The notes below the pieces were generated by a model. That model was not told where the DNA came from, ran no database searches, and worked only from the letters and a program-made list of their open reading frames with translations. Position numbers and translations under genes: made by a program. A stretch of DNA of 64,000 nt from Laetmonice hystrix (Eukaryota), in contig OZ249436.1 in NCBI GenBank assembly GCA_965235115.1, positions 10,046,001 to 10,110,000 on the forward strand. The letters are read 5' to 3'. Every line of letters starts with the position of its first letter. Positions within the stretch are counted from its first letter, which is position 1. Shown piece after piece: positions 1-21,375 of the stretch.

Positions 1-1278
1 TGGCGTTAAAAAAAAGCATAAAAGCGCAATGGCTGTCTTTATAAAAGTGGCACAGGCGACTTAATGTGGAACAGTTTTACACTCATTACGGCTTCATTTT
101 GAACACCACCAAATTACCATTAAAAGAAATTTGCTGAAAGCCATGCATTAGCCATACTAATACAATTGTACATTTTTAAATCATTCATGGCTGTTTAGCG
201 CAAAAATACATTATTATTACTCTCTAAAAGTAAACTAAGAGGTCCGGGAAATACCTTTCCACCATCTTCCAATGAAAAATCCTATACTGTAGGTTTTATG
301 TTTGTGAATACATAAATTAAGTTTTTTTTTGGGTCCTCTACTATTGGCTACAAGACGGCAACTTCTTATTGCCATGTGTAAACATAAGGGGATTATTAAC
401 AATGGGGTCAGGATTCTTCTTTTTGCTGGGTTCCGATCAGGACCATACAATGACCAAGGCATTCATATACATAGAACCACCGGTTCAGGATTTGTTCGTG
501 AATATATTTAAATCCTATCCTAACTACAAAAAGATAAAAAGTATACCTGCCACCAGCAATTATACTGCTAGCAATTTCTCCATAAAAAACTAAAATACAT
601 AAGCTGGATAATGTTTATCATTACAAATAATACAAACGTCGCCTAAATACATGAAGATGATCCATCACTTTCTCTACCCCTGGGTGTCTCTTCATTCACG
701 CCACACACTTCAGTTAATGCACATTCACTACCTAATAGAAAGAGGGAAAAAAGCAACGCAGGGCACCGACACAACACATGTTCACAGGAAACATTCTTGT
801 CGCACACTTAGTCCAGCCACACCTGTAGCGAAACCCGACACAGGGACGCATTTCTCTGCTACATCAGCAATAACAAATAAACCTTCCTGGATTTTACTTT
901 CCACTTGTTATCTTATTTATAGGATCCAGATTTGTTCAAGCAAACAGTGTCCAGGGAGGGGCTATTTAGACAAAGTACGAATAAACACGTACCGTATACT
1001 ATAAATGAACAAATAGTATTCAAAGTGCTTTTTGACTGTTTTTACCTTTGAAATTGACCGAAGTGTCAAAACTATCCGTGTAATTCCATTCTACTGTGAA
1101 ATGCTGTTTCGCTTCGATTGATCTGTTGAACATAAAGGAACAGAATGCCATCCCATCAGAACCTGATAGAAAAAATGTTTGGCAAAAGCCATTCCCAATT
1201 TTTTCAGAGCAAAATTCTCTGGTGCTGAAACTAGCCATTAAAACTTCCTCCAGCATGGAAGATTAGGCAATGTTGAAT

Positions 1279-1499
1279 GAAGACATATCTAGTTGTGCGA
1301 CCACCGCCAGCATTCCCAGATACCTGGGGACTGCTGTCATCAGGAGCAGTAAGTCCTGGCTTTCACACAAACCATACACCATCCGTTCTAAGACATATTT
1401 GGGTGTGCGACCACCGCCAGCATTCCCAGATACCTGGGGACTGCTGTCATCAGGACAGTAAGTCCTGGCTTTCACACAAACCATACACCATCCGTTCTG
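1279..1499. repeat. Direct tandem duplication, ~111 bp x2
   Basis: aagacatat...gtgcgaccaccgccagcattcccagatacctggggactgctgtcatcagg...ccatccgttct starts at 1279 and again at 1390. Confidence 0.9.
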
Positions 1500-2838
1500 C
1501 CGCCGACCTCCGCCGACCAACGACAACCAGTTACCCAGCTTGCATTGGGATAGAAAGAAACAGGCATACAATTTTAGCATCTTCCACACATTACCCGACC
1601 CCGACCCAAGCCGCCCTGTTAACCCACATACCACCCTACCAACCCCATCTGCAGCAGTGAACTCATTTTTTATCCCTATAAAAAAAACCAAAAAAACTTA
1701 CAGAACCCTTTTTGGTCAATTCCTTGCCATATGAAGCAGGCATTTCTTTTAAACTTTGCTTACACCGAAGTAAGCATTTCTCACATTTTATTTTCTGAGT
1801 CAAGTTTTATCTTGACCAACCCTATGTACGTCATATCTATTTGCGATGTACAAGAAGACAATGTAAACGCAACTTTCACGTTCAACAGGCCTCAGTGTGC
1901 CAATAACCAAATCAACTTGCTGAAGATCTTGTATCCATCATCTAAATTTGTCTTAATTTCGACTACTTTACAAATATAAACGAACTTCACGGACCACACA
2001 AAGTCTTGGCACCAAAACCTCTTTAGCTCTATTGACTTCCAATAAATATTACCGGTATGTCATCACTATATCATATGACATGTACTGGCTGTGTCGAGAC
2101 CAAGTTATTCACTGCTGCAGTTACGGAGGAATATCGCAAGGACTATTGGAGAGTACAATCACAAGCCCTCAGAGTGCTTCCAACCCTCTGCCCTCCCCAT
2201 ACACCCTTCATACTCGCAGATTCCGTGACTGGACATCTTCATCAGCTACATCATGACAACACTGCTTCCATGGCGGTCCATCCAAGCGTGCCGCACCCCT
2301 GGCGCCACCTGGAGTTGGACCGCCGAAGCAAAGCTCCAGAGGCAATGGGCGCCGGTCCATTTCAGGATCTCAATAAGACGACATCCTGCTGTAGCCTTTC
2401 TGGTTATGTACACAAAGTAAGGCACTCTATGAAATCAGAATCTGACAACTTCACCATGGCCACATCAAGACAGCTTTGACTACTGCCGATGTCTGGTATG
2501 ACCAATAAAAATAATACTTTATAACTATAAATACCGCACAAATACCAGTCCCTGTCCTTCAGGAACAAGTTGTCAATGACTACACTTTTTTGGACTGTAT
2601 AATAAATTATACCAGGCAAAGAATTTCATCCTGGACAAACAGATTCACTTGTAAATTACTTCTTCTTTGGGAACCGATTCATTTGACCACTTTAAGTACC
2701 ATTTACCATGAAATTACAACATGTAATCTCGTTTTCCCACTTGTAGCTTGCCCTAAAATAAGAGCAGCTGTTTTAGCAATGACCATGTTTTCTAGTTGGC
2801 GATCAGTTCTGAACGCAGGGGAACTCTCTTAACCTGAT

Positions 2839-12566
<9,728 letters not shown>

Positions 12567-12691
12567 TATCGACGGGTCCTTATCTACTACAGTTCTAGAC
12601 GGTCTAGAAGGTTTCTAGATCTAGATAATAAAAGTAAACACATTCCACTGAGGCTACAGCTAGGGTTACAACCAGTCACAATACAGTATAC

Positions 12692-13046
12692 CAGGCCTCT
12701 GAAAATTGTGGGAATGATCGTTTCGTCCTCGCATCGCTCGCGTAGATGTCAATTTGCGTAGTATAACTAAACTCTGTTCATGCAAACTCACCGGTTCTGG
12801 TGAAATAGACACAATAATTAACAATCTTTTAAGGTCTCCTTCGGCATGCTTCTCAGGATATCGCTATATTCATTGAATATTAAAGAAATCTATATATCCA
12901 TTTGTAAGTAATAAGTCTTTTACGGAGTTCACACAGCCTAACAGTTTTGTAAATGGGTTACGCAAAATAAATGGGTTAGCCTACCTGAAAAAAATTTGCA
13001 GAACCCATTTTATGGGTTACGTACATTTTCAATTTTCAGAGGCCTG
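12692..13046. mobile_element. MITE with 17-bp perfect TIRs and 6-bp flanking duplication (GTATAC) in the piwi 5' UTR intron
   Basis: caggcctctgaaaattg (12692-12708) and caattttcagaggcctg (13030-13046); gtatac on both sides. Confidence 0.8.
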
Positions 13047-13356
13047 GTATACCTCATGAGTTATTAATAGTTTACAGTTAAGGTGTTAGGAAATGTTCTG
13101 TACAACATGATCAGAATACAACTCTCGACTCATTAGGTTGTTTAGGTTAGTAGGCACTCGTGTTTTCACTGCGAGTCAGTGTTGGTGCTGCGTCTGTTAG
13201 TTGGCCGCCATTTGCAATTCTAGGAAACGGTGTCGAGTCGATCTGATGCAACACCGTGAAACAAAAAGTTGTTAACAAAGCTTTTAAGAATCCGTTTTCT
13301 CATGATTCAGAATCAGCTCCCAACTATAAACATTTCCTATATAGCTGTGAACTTAC

Positions 13357-13480
13357 CCTGAGATACTGGATCTCCTTTCTTGTTCTACACGTGGAATTTA
13401 CACCGAGTCTGTCCTCTATCTGTTCTGTTCGGAGATGCTCTACCAAATGTGCCTGCGCTTCCAATCTGTGACGTCAGAGG
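13357..13480 (-). promoter_or_regulatory. Probable piwi non-coding first exon / core promoter region
   Basis: Strong minus-strand donor (G|GTAAGT) at 13356. CRE palindrome TGACGTCA at 13469-13476, CCAAT at 13461-13465, and a YY1-like GCCGCCATTT at ~13204. The TSS is inferred, not observed. Confidence 0.45.
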
Positions 13481-13885
13481 AAATGGTGCACAAGATCATT
13501 TCTTAGTCGGGGGAGGACTGATGAAAATGAAGACATATCGACAAATATTTTAGAGTTGCATATATCAACAAACGTGTTTAGAGTCATATAGATCTACATT
13601 ATGAAATAAGCTTTCCATAATGTCTACAGTGATGTAGTGTAGATCTATATTGATGTAGCGTATATCCATTGCTCACCTCATATTATCACCATTGTATACC
13701 CCGCGTACGTTGTGAGCACACGTGTGGTTTGTCCGACCTCGCTGATAGCCTACTCGAGATCGTAGACTGAGCGTTGTGGTTATCCGGTGCGGAGAAAGCG
13801 AGATGACGATCGTGCTGACGTTGTTTATTTTTAAATAGACCAATAGCCTACACCGACTGCAGGGTGTCCGAAGAAAAATGATTTT

Positions 13886-14560
13886 AGGGCATTTGCCCCC
13901 CGTACATCTGCCCCCCGGACATTTGCCCCAGACATAAATTTGCCCCCCCCCCGGACATTAACGTCCGTAGAACTTCTGCCCCCCTAGGAATCTGCCCCCC
14001 GACATTAACCCCCCCCCCCCGAGACATTAACCCCCCGTAGGACTTCTGCCCCCCTAGGACATCTGCCCCCCCAGACATTAACCCCCCCCCCCCATGCACT
14101 GAGACATTAACCCCCCGTAGGACTTCTGCCCCTCTAGGACATCTGCCCCCCCCCCCCATGCAGACATTCACCCCCCGAGACATTAACCCCCGTATGACTT
14201 CTGCTCCCCCCAGGACATCTGGCCCCAGACATTCACCCCCCGGACATTAACCCCGGATTACTTCTGCCCCTATAGCCCTCACCCTAACCCTATAGTCTAG
14301 GCCTAACCCTGTGGGGAATAGGCCTAGCCCTATCCGAGTTAGGCCTACATGGATGCAATGTCCGGGAGCGAACGGGGGGGGGATGTCCTAGGGGGGCAAA
14401 AGTCCTACGGGGTTAATGTTCGGGGGGGGGGGGTGAATGTCCGGGGGGGGGGGGGCAGATGTCCTAGGGGGGGGGGAGTCCTACGTGGGCTATAATGTCC
14501 AGTTTGGGGCGAATGTCGGGGGCAGACGTCCGGTGGCAGATGTCCGGGGGGCAAATGTCC
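13886..14560. mobile_element. GC-rich foldback-like non-autonomous element
   Basis: Left arm of C-rich ggacat(t/c)tgccccc repeats; right arm of inverted G-rich gggggca(a/g)atgtcc repeats; central accctaaccct motifs. Confidence 0.7.
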
Positions 14561-17500
14561 GGGGGGGGGGGGGCCCTGATATAGCCTACCAAGAAAAATG
14601 TAGGCCTACACGTTTTTCCCAATTCAAGGTTTCGCCAACTGGTGCCCTCTGAGTCTGACCCTCCACAGGCACGTCATAGGGTCATAGGCTAGGGTCATAG
14701 GGTCATAGGCTAGCTGTCGAGATGGCTGGGCCTAAAAGGATCAGGGGGGGATGGGGGCACGTGCCCTCCGGCAAAACTGAGAACCTCCTTGCCCTTGGCT
14801 TCATACTTCCTTGGAAATTTGGCCTCGACCCAGCGCTCATCCAGGCCCGGTGCCCCCCCCCCCGCCCACGGGCCCCGACAACGACCTCTCTGCATAGACC
14901 CCAGGTCTGAAGCTTGGGGGAGCCCCCCCCCCAGCTCAAAGGCAGCAGAAGAGAGTTTTAATGAACACTTTTGAGTAGGCTATAGGCCTAACACAGGCCC
15001 GTAGCTATGCCTATGGTGGGGGGGGGGGAGAGGACTTTGTATTAGGCCTATAATAGGCCTAAAGGCTGACAGTAGGCCTACAAAACCCTGAAACGACGGA
15101 AGATTCACAGGTGGGGGGGGGGGGGCAGGACTAAACTCGCAGTCCTAGGCATAGGCATAGGCCTATAGGCCTAAATTTTAAGTGTGTTCCAGGGTAGGCC
15201 CTATAGCTAGACATTTCTTATTGGGAAAGGGGGCACTCGATCACCTCCACCGAAGGGGCGGAGCCTTAGATCTCTAAGCGGGGGTCTGGGCCCTCCCCCA
15301 GAAGAAAAATGAAAATACATGCAGTGCCAAATACGCGTTTTCCTGGCATCTGGGGACAACATCTAATTTAGAGGTTAACACAGCTTTGCTGCACAGCGCG
15401 ACCAATCTTCACCACCCACTGACATTTTACCATGCATACATGTCAATATGGCGGGGGGATGTTATATACATCTAGATGTTACATCTTTTCCCGCCTTTAG
15501 GCAAAAAAAAAAGTGGTGCGGTGACGCGGTTTTTTTAAAAGATTTTTTTTTGGGTGACAGCTGGCTAAAATGGTAAGCCTCATAAGAATTATCATGTAAA
15601 ATGAACTCATAAACAAGGACCATGACCTTTGCTCTCATCGCCTTGCACACAACACACTTCCGTTGCAGTGTTAATGAAATATCCATTACAACAATGGTTA
15701 GTTTCAAGCCTTACCACTAGGTGGCAGCACAATATTCACAGATGAGGGCAAGAAAAAAAGCACTGATGCGCGGCATTTGAAGTGATGCGCGCGCGGACCA
15801 GAAACCGTGAATTGTTTTGGAGGCCTTATTTTTTTTATTCAGTTTTTAATTTTTTTTTTTTTTTTTTTTTGGGGGGGGGGGGGGGGTGATAGCGCACCCG
15901 TCGCACCCCCGGCTCGCGCCTGTATATATTCTTGTAAATTATTCTGTTTGAGTCACTCCACAGTCTGCACCCTGCAGCCGGACTCTATAGAGTTGTATCA
16001 TCTTCAAGACAAAGATTATAACCTCCGTCCGACCAATTAAGTCGGTGTGGACTCCTCAGGATATCGGTGTTTCTTCACTTGGCCATGTCAGCGTGAAATA
16101 TTCGGAATCATTTCTTTTTACTTTTATTTTATTATTTGTATAGGGCCTAGTTATGTAACGGCAACTGGGTGGGTTATGACAGACACCGCCCAGAAAACCT
16201 TACACTTGCTCGTAGGAAACGCCATCTAGCGGCATCAGACGAGGGCGCTCCATTCGCTGGAGTCTGCCTGAAGACGGTTCCTGCGCAAAAGGCAATTGAC
16301 AGTGGGGCATATACGGCACGCATTTCAACTTACGGGGCCACATAGGGGCCTAGTCCCCTATAGGCATATTGTCAGAAATAAAAGCTCTAGCTAGACCATG
16401 GCGCCGTCTGTCGGCAAATGTTCCCCCCTTGTAGTATGTGGAGGCACCTGGCGGAGTTTTAATATTAAATCAAAGATGAGACACAATTCGCATCGCCATC
16501 TTTTCAAACTAATTGAACGAAGACTTAATATTATAATATTATGATGTATAGGGCCTACGTCTTCACTCCATTTTCTACTGACTAGAGCCTATATACGTCT
16601 CTATAGATCTAGGCCTACTCACAATGTGGAACACAGTGTAACATGACTGTGTAACACAGAATGTGTTACAGTTTGTTTATGTTGTATTCATGCCCCAGAC
16701 GTCTCGTTCCATACTTCAGCACTATGAAGGACCCTTATCCCGTTATTACTATTAATGTAAGTCGAAACGACACATTATTTATGGTGACACTCTTATAAGG
16801 CTACTCTATGACGTGCATGATATGGAAGGCATGGGAACCAAAAACAGAGATTTAAAGGTAAAAGGAGAAAACGTTTTGTCGACACGACGATGAAATAGTC
16901 CTAGGACCTACTTCTAATTTAAAATGACTGTTCTGCAATTTCCTGGCGGTGTAACATTACTTGACCAAAGAGAGCGGAAAGACACGGTTGTTATTTTAAA
17001 CCCATACATTAGTAACCAATGCTTTTTTTGACCTTTCATCATAAAGTATCCTTTTTCATTTTCCTGGGCATGATGGATGGTACTTAAAATGAATGGCCTT
17101 TCAGGAGTCGTAAAACCAATGCCAGGGATGCGCCAAACTTCGATCAGCAACGGGACGAAATCACAGATTGGAAAAGAGGGAAGGGATCGGATGGGTCGTC
17201 AACGTAACTGATAAATATTTCCAATGATTTACGTAATTGTAAGAGCTATAACCCAGCACCACAATGGTCTAAATATTCTGGGACATTTTGATGGATATTT
17301 TCAAAATGTCTCCCTTGCTAGAGGCAGGGGAGATGTGTTATAATTTTAAAAAGAGTTTCCCAGTTTGAAATTTCCCGAATCAAATACAGCGTTAATGTTT
17401 TTGTTTAGTTTAACTTGTCTTTTGACATGTCGCAAATGAGGTCCACTTTCGTTGTTAATATGCATCTCAATTTAAAAAAAAAACGTAATTGGGCAAAAAT

Positions 17501-17610
17501 ACGAAGGCTTAAAAACTTTCGCCCATGTGTAGGTGCGCGGAAGCAGCCCATACAGGACGCGGACGATTCTTTTTTAGGTGGACGGAAATTATGCCCACAC
17601 TGATGCCAGC

Positions 17611-17830
17611 TTAGTTTCACCCACAAACTTATAGAGGTGATACCAACCGTTTAGTTGCACCCACAAACTTATAGAGGTGATACCAACCGTTTAATTGCAC
17701 CCACATACTTTAGTTGCACCCACAAACTTATAGAGGTGATACCAATCGTTTAGTTGCACCCACAAACTTATAGAGGTGATACCAACCGTGTAGTTGCACC
17801 CACAAACTTATAGAGGTGATACCAACCGTT
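17611..17830. repeat. 40-bp minisatellite, ~5.5 copies
   Basis: Unit ttagttgcacccacaaacttatagaggtgataccaaccgt. Confidence 0.9.
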
Positions 17831-17899
17831 TTGCTGCCTTTCCTCTATCTTCTTCCCTGAACGTCCACTGCAGGATCGTGTATATGGAGCGTGCGTGCA

Positions 17900-18150
17900 T
17901 GTGGGTGCTGAGGGGGGGGGGGGGTGACTTGTGGGTCCCAAGAGTGTGGGTGTGGGTGCCGGGGGGTTGTGGGTCCGATGAGGGGGTGTGGGTGCCGGGG
18001 GGTGGGGGTGACTTGTGGGTCCCAAGAGGGTGTGTGTGGGTGCTAAGGGGGTGTGGGTTTGGGTCCTAAGAGGGTGTGTGTGGGTGTCAAGGGGGTGGGG
18101 GTTTATTTGTGGGTCCTAAGAGGGTATGTGGGGTGCCATGGGGGCGGAGG
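17900..18150. repeat. Degenerate G/T-rich tandem repeat
   Basis: Recurring gtgggtgc-gggggg and gtgggtcc(c/t)aagaggg blocks. Confidence 0.7.
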
Positions 18151-18934
18151 TTTTGGATCCCATCTTGTATTTTAGTGTGACCATTCGGTTAACCGTAGAA
18201 CAGTTGGGTTAACGATTTCAAGGTGGCTGAACCGAACACGTCACATGCATACCTTTTGTACACAGATGAATCAAATCATTTGTTCAAATTCTGACCAGTT
18301 GACGAGACTGATGGCACAAGGGTATAATCATCTCGGGCAGCTACCGGAGCCATCATTCTGATTTCTAAACGAAGCGAGATAATGTCCCATGAAAAAAGTC
18401 GCTGAAACATGACTAGTCAAGGCCCAACGAATTATTGTTTCTCTCGTTTTTTGCAAACAGAAGATGCCCATTTTGACGAGGCCAATTGATTTATCCCGAA
18501 GGGCTGACATCATTTAGTAATAATTAACCGTAGCCGACGGGATCAATACCTCAGCAGGGTCAGGTATTTCACCCACCAATAATCCGTTAACTAACGCTTT
18601 TATTAATTTCCATTCATATCATTGGTTTTCTGATTACGAGCATCGCTCGCAAAGGGCAACTTTATCTTTTTGAAATCATTGCCGTTTAGAGGAACATTAA
18701 TAGTGATTTTTTTTAATGCGGGAGGGGGGGGGGGGGGTTGCATTGGTAATTTGTCATTCTGATATTAACAGCTGTTTCATCAGACCGCATTAGGTGACAT
18801 AGAAGATAAATCCTGGGGTGGGGCTATCCCTTGCCTCCCTCATTCCGACATATCGGACAAAAAGTGGTATCAGATTTTAAGAACATCAATTGATTTCGTA
18901 ATCCCCCCCCCTCGGAAAGTATCGTAGATAATGT

Positions 18935-19199
18935 GTGGGTACAGGGTTTGACAGCGTATAGTGGTCAAACCAAGGCGCGGGGAGAAGGTGGGTACAGGGT
19001 TTGACAGCGTATAGTGGTCAAACCAAGGCGCGGGGAGAAGGTGGGTACAGGGTTTGACAGCGTATAGTGGTCAAACCAAGGCGCGGGGAGAAGGTGGGTA
19101 CAGGGTTTGACAGCGTATAGTGGTCAACCCAAGGCGCGGGGAGAAGGTCGGTACAGGGTTTGACAGCGTATAGTGGTCAAACCAAGGCGCGGGTAGAAG
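18935..19199. repeat. 53-bp minisatellite, 5 copies, each with an 8-bp hairpin
   Basis: Unit gtgggtacagGGTTTGACagcgtatagtgGTCAAACCaaggcgcggggagaag (stem arms in capitals); copies start at 18935, 18988 and onward. Confidence 0.95.
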
Positions 19200-19974
19200 G
19201 AAGGGACAGGAAGGGCCAACGCCCCTCACAAGCGCTGGTAATTTAGCCTATTTTAGAGCCTTATCTTGCAGTCTAGATATTCAGATATAAAAGGTTTGCT
19301 AAACTGGACAGTAAGTGATCGATATTTTACTGGTATTCCCATGGGATGGCCGCTATACGCTGTTCAAGAGACAGTATAGCGTCCTAAATACACAGCGTAG
19401 CGGCCCGCTCCAAAAAAGGCTGGCGAGAACACCAGGGGGTAATTCGCGCCTTATGGGAGCCGCTTGGGACCCTGATTACCGCTTCACGGCTGTAACAAGA
19501 TGTAATACGTATTTTTCAGTTTAAGAACTAAATAAAACAATATTTATAATCGTTTAAGGCAAATCCATGTAGGGTGAAACTAAAGTAGAGTATTGAATGG
19601 TTTTTATTACTGAATCCTCTATAGACAATGACTCTTTTTTACAACATAATAATATGAACGTCTCATGGAAAGGATTGGTAAATAATGGAAATGTTTTAAA
19701 GATATTTTAAGACCCTTGTTAATCTTTGATGACGAATTATCATCACCAACACCATCTCATAACGTGGGTGCAAACATTCTTAGTCAAGATAGGGCCTATA
19801 TTTGGCGAACGACACTTGTTCTTTGTAGGCTTTTGCTCGTCAAAGCAAACCGCATTGCCTTATATAATGCAGTTTTACTCTATACATCTACATGCATAAG
19901 AATCTCGTGTTTTAATGCATAATACATATACGCAAAGAATCCATCCGAAACTAACAATTTCGCATCCCGCACAG

Positions 19975-20408
19975 TATGAAACTGACGACCCGTTCAATAA
20001 TTAGACTGGAAGGAACCCATGCTGCGGCTCCTTCCAGCGTCCATATTTATGAAACTGACGACCCGTTCAATAATTAGACTGCTGCGGTTCCTTCCAGCGT
20101 ACATATTTATGAAACTGACGACCCGTTCAATAATTAGACTGCTATGGTTCCTTCCAGCGTCCATATTTATGAAACTGACGACCCGTTCAATAATTAGACT
20201 GCTGCGGTTCCTTCCAGCGTCCATATTTATGAAACTGACGACCCGTTCAATAATTAGACTGCTGCGGTTCCTTCCAGCGTCCATATTTATAAAACTGACG
20301 ACCCGTTCAATAATTAGACTGCTGCGGTTCCTTCTAGCGTCCATATTTATGAAACTGACGACCCGTTCAATAATTAGACTGCTATGGTTCCTTCCAGCGT
20401 CCATATTT
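19975..20408. repeat. 60-bp minisatellite, 7 copies, just 3' of the GPCR stop codon
   Basis: (g)aaactgacg recurs at 19978, 20051, 20111, 20171, 20231, 20291 and 20351; the first copy is 13 nt longer. Confidence 0.95.
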
Positions 20409-20600
20409 GCCCGCATACGGAACAGCCAGGATGTGTACACCCCTATAATATATCAGTAGGGCAATGATCGGCGATTGCGCTATGGATTCCTATGTAATGT
20501 ATCCCAGCACTTAACGCAAGTATATATATCCAATTGGATCTATCGGGCCTAGCTAAATAAGAAACGTAAATAAATACGTGGGAGGACCAAGTCCTTCCAG

Positions 20601-21375
20601 TTAGAAACACGTAGTCTTGTTGTCTGTGAGTACAGACCGCGGGGTGTAGCCATCTCGTCTGTCGGGATTCCTTATACTTGTGTATAACGTGTGGTTGTGG
20701 TTGTCTGTCACGCTGCGGTAAACAGTGCTGGAGTTACGCAGAAAGTACGGGTTGCTCTGGGAACCGTGTTTACAACACAGAACGAACTCAGTGAATCCAC
20801 GGCGGAACTTTTTGCTAAAGAAGCAGTAGATAATGGGATTAACGCAGCTGTTTGAAGATCCGAGCCACTGAGCCACTGGAAGAATTATCTGCGACAACCA
20901 TTTGAATTCTGTCGACGACCCGTTGTCATTCAGAGGCTTGCCGAAGTATATCCGAACATGCACCGCGTACAAGGGCAGCCAGGAGATAGCAAAAAGTATG
21001 ACCACACAAACTAGCATCTTCAGGACTTTGACTTTAGACTTGTAGATTGCCTGTGATGTATTGGCTATGCCAGGGGCATCACGGTACCACACGCGGAGCC
21101 CAATGAAAGTGTAGCAGACCGAAATGAATATGAGAGGTATTGTGTAGCAGGTAAGGAAGATTGCCCCGAGAAAGTACCCACGCTCCTGATTCTTTGAAGG
21201 CCAGTTCTGTTCGCACAGGTACATCTTTTGGAGTGGGGTCGAGAACTCGGTCTGCTCGTAGAAGACCGCCCAGGGGGACATGATTGCCATGGCCATCGTC
21301 CATATTAGCAGAATACTGATGCGCGCCATCTTGCGTGTCATGCGGAACTCCAAGGTATGGCAGATAGCAAGGTAC
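20601..21375 (-). CDS. GPCR coding exon 3 (end of DRY, TM4-TM7, C-tail)
   Basis: Acceptor cag at 21376-21378; reads YLAICH...NPIIY...KTTCF*. Confidence 0.95.

Noticed and set aside
1290..1480. CTGATGA plus stem resembling a hammerhead ribozyme or C/D snoRNA (minus strand)
   Set aside because: No GAAA follows the stem, stems I and III cannot be formed, and there is no properly placed D box or terminal stem.
2057..2479. 140-aa plus-strand ORF
   Set aside because: Antisense to the probable piwi 3' UTR, with no recognisable domain.
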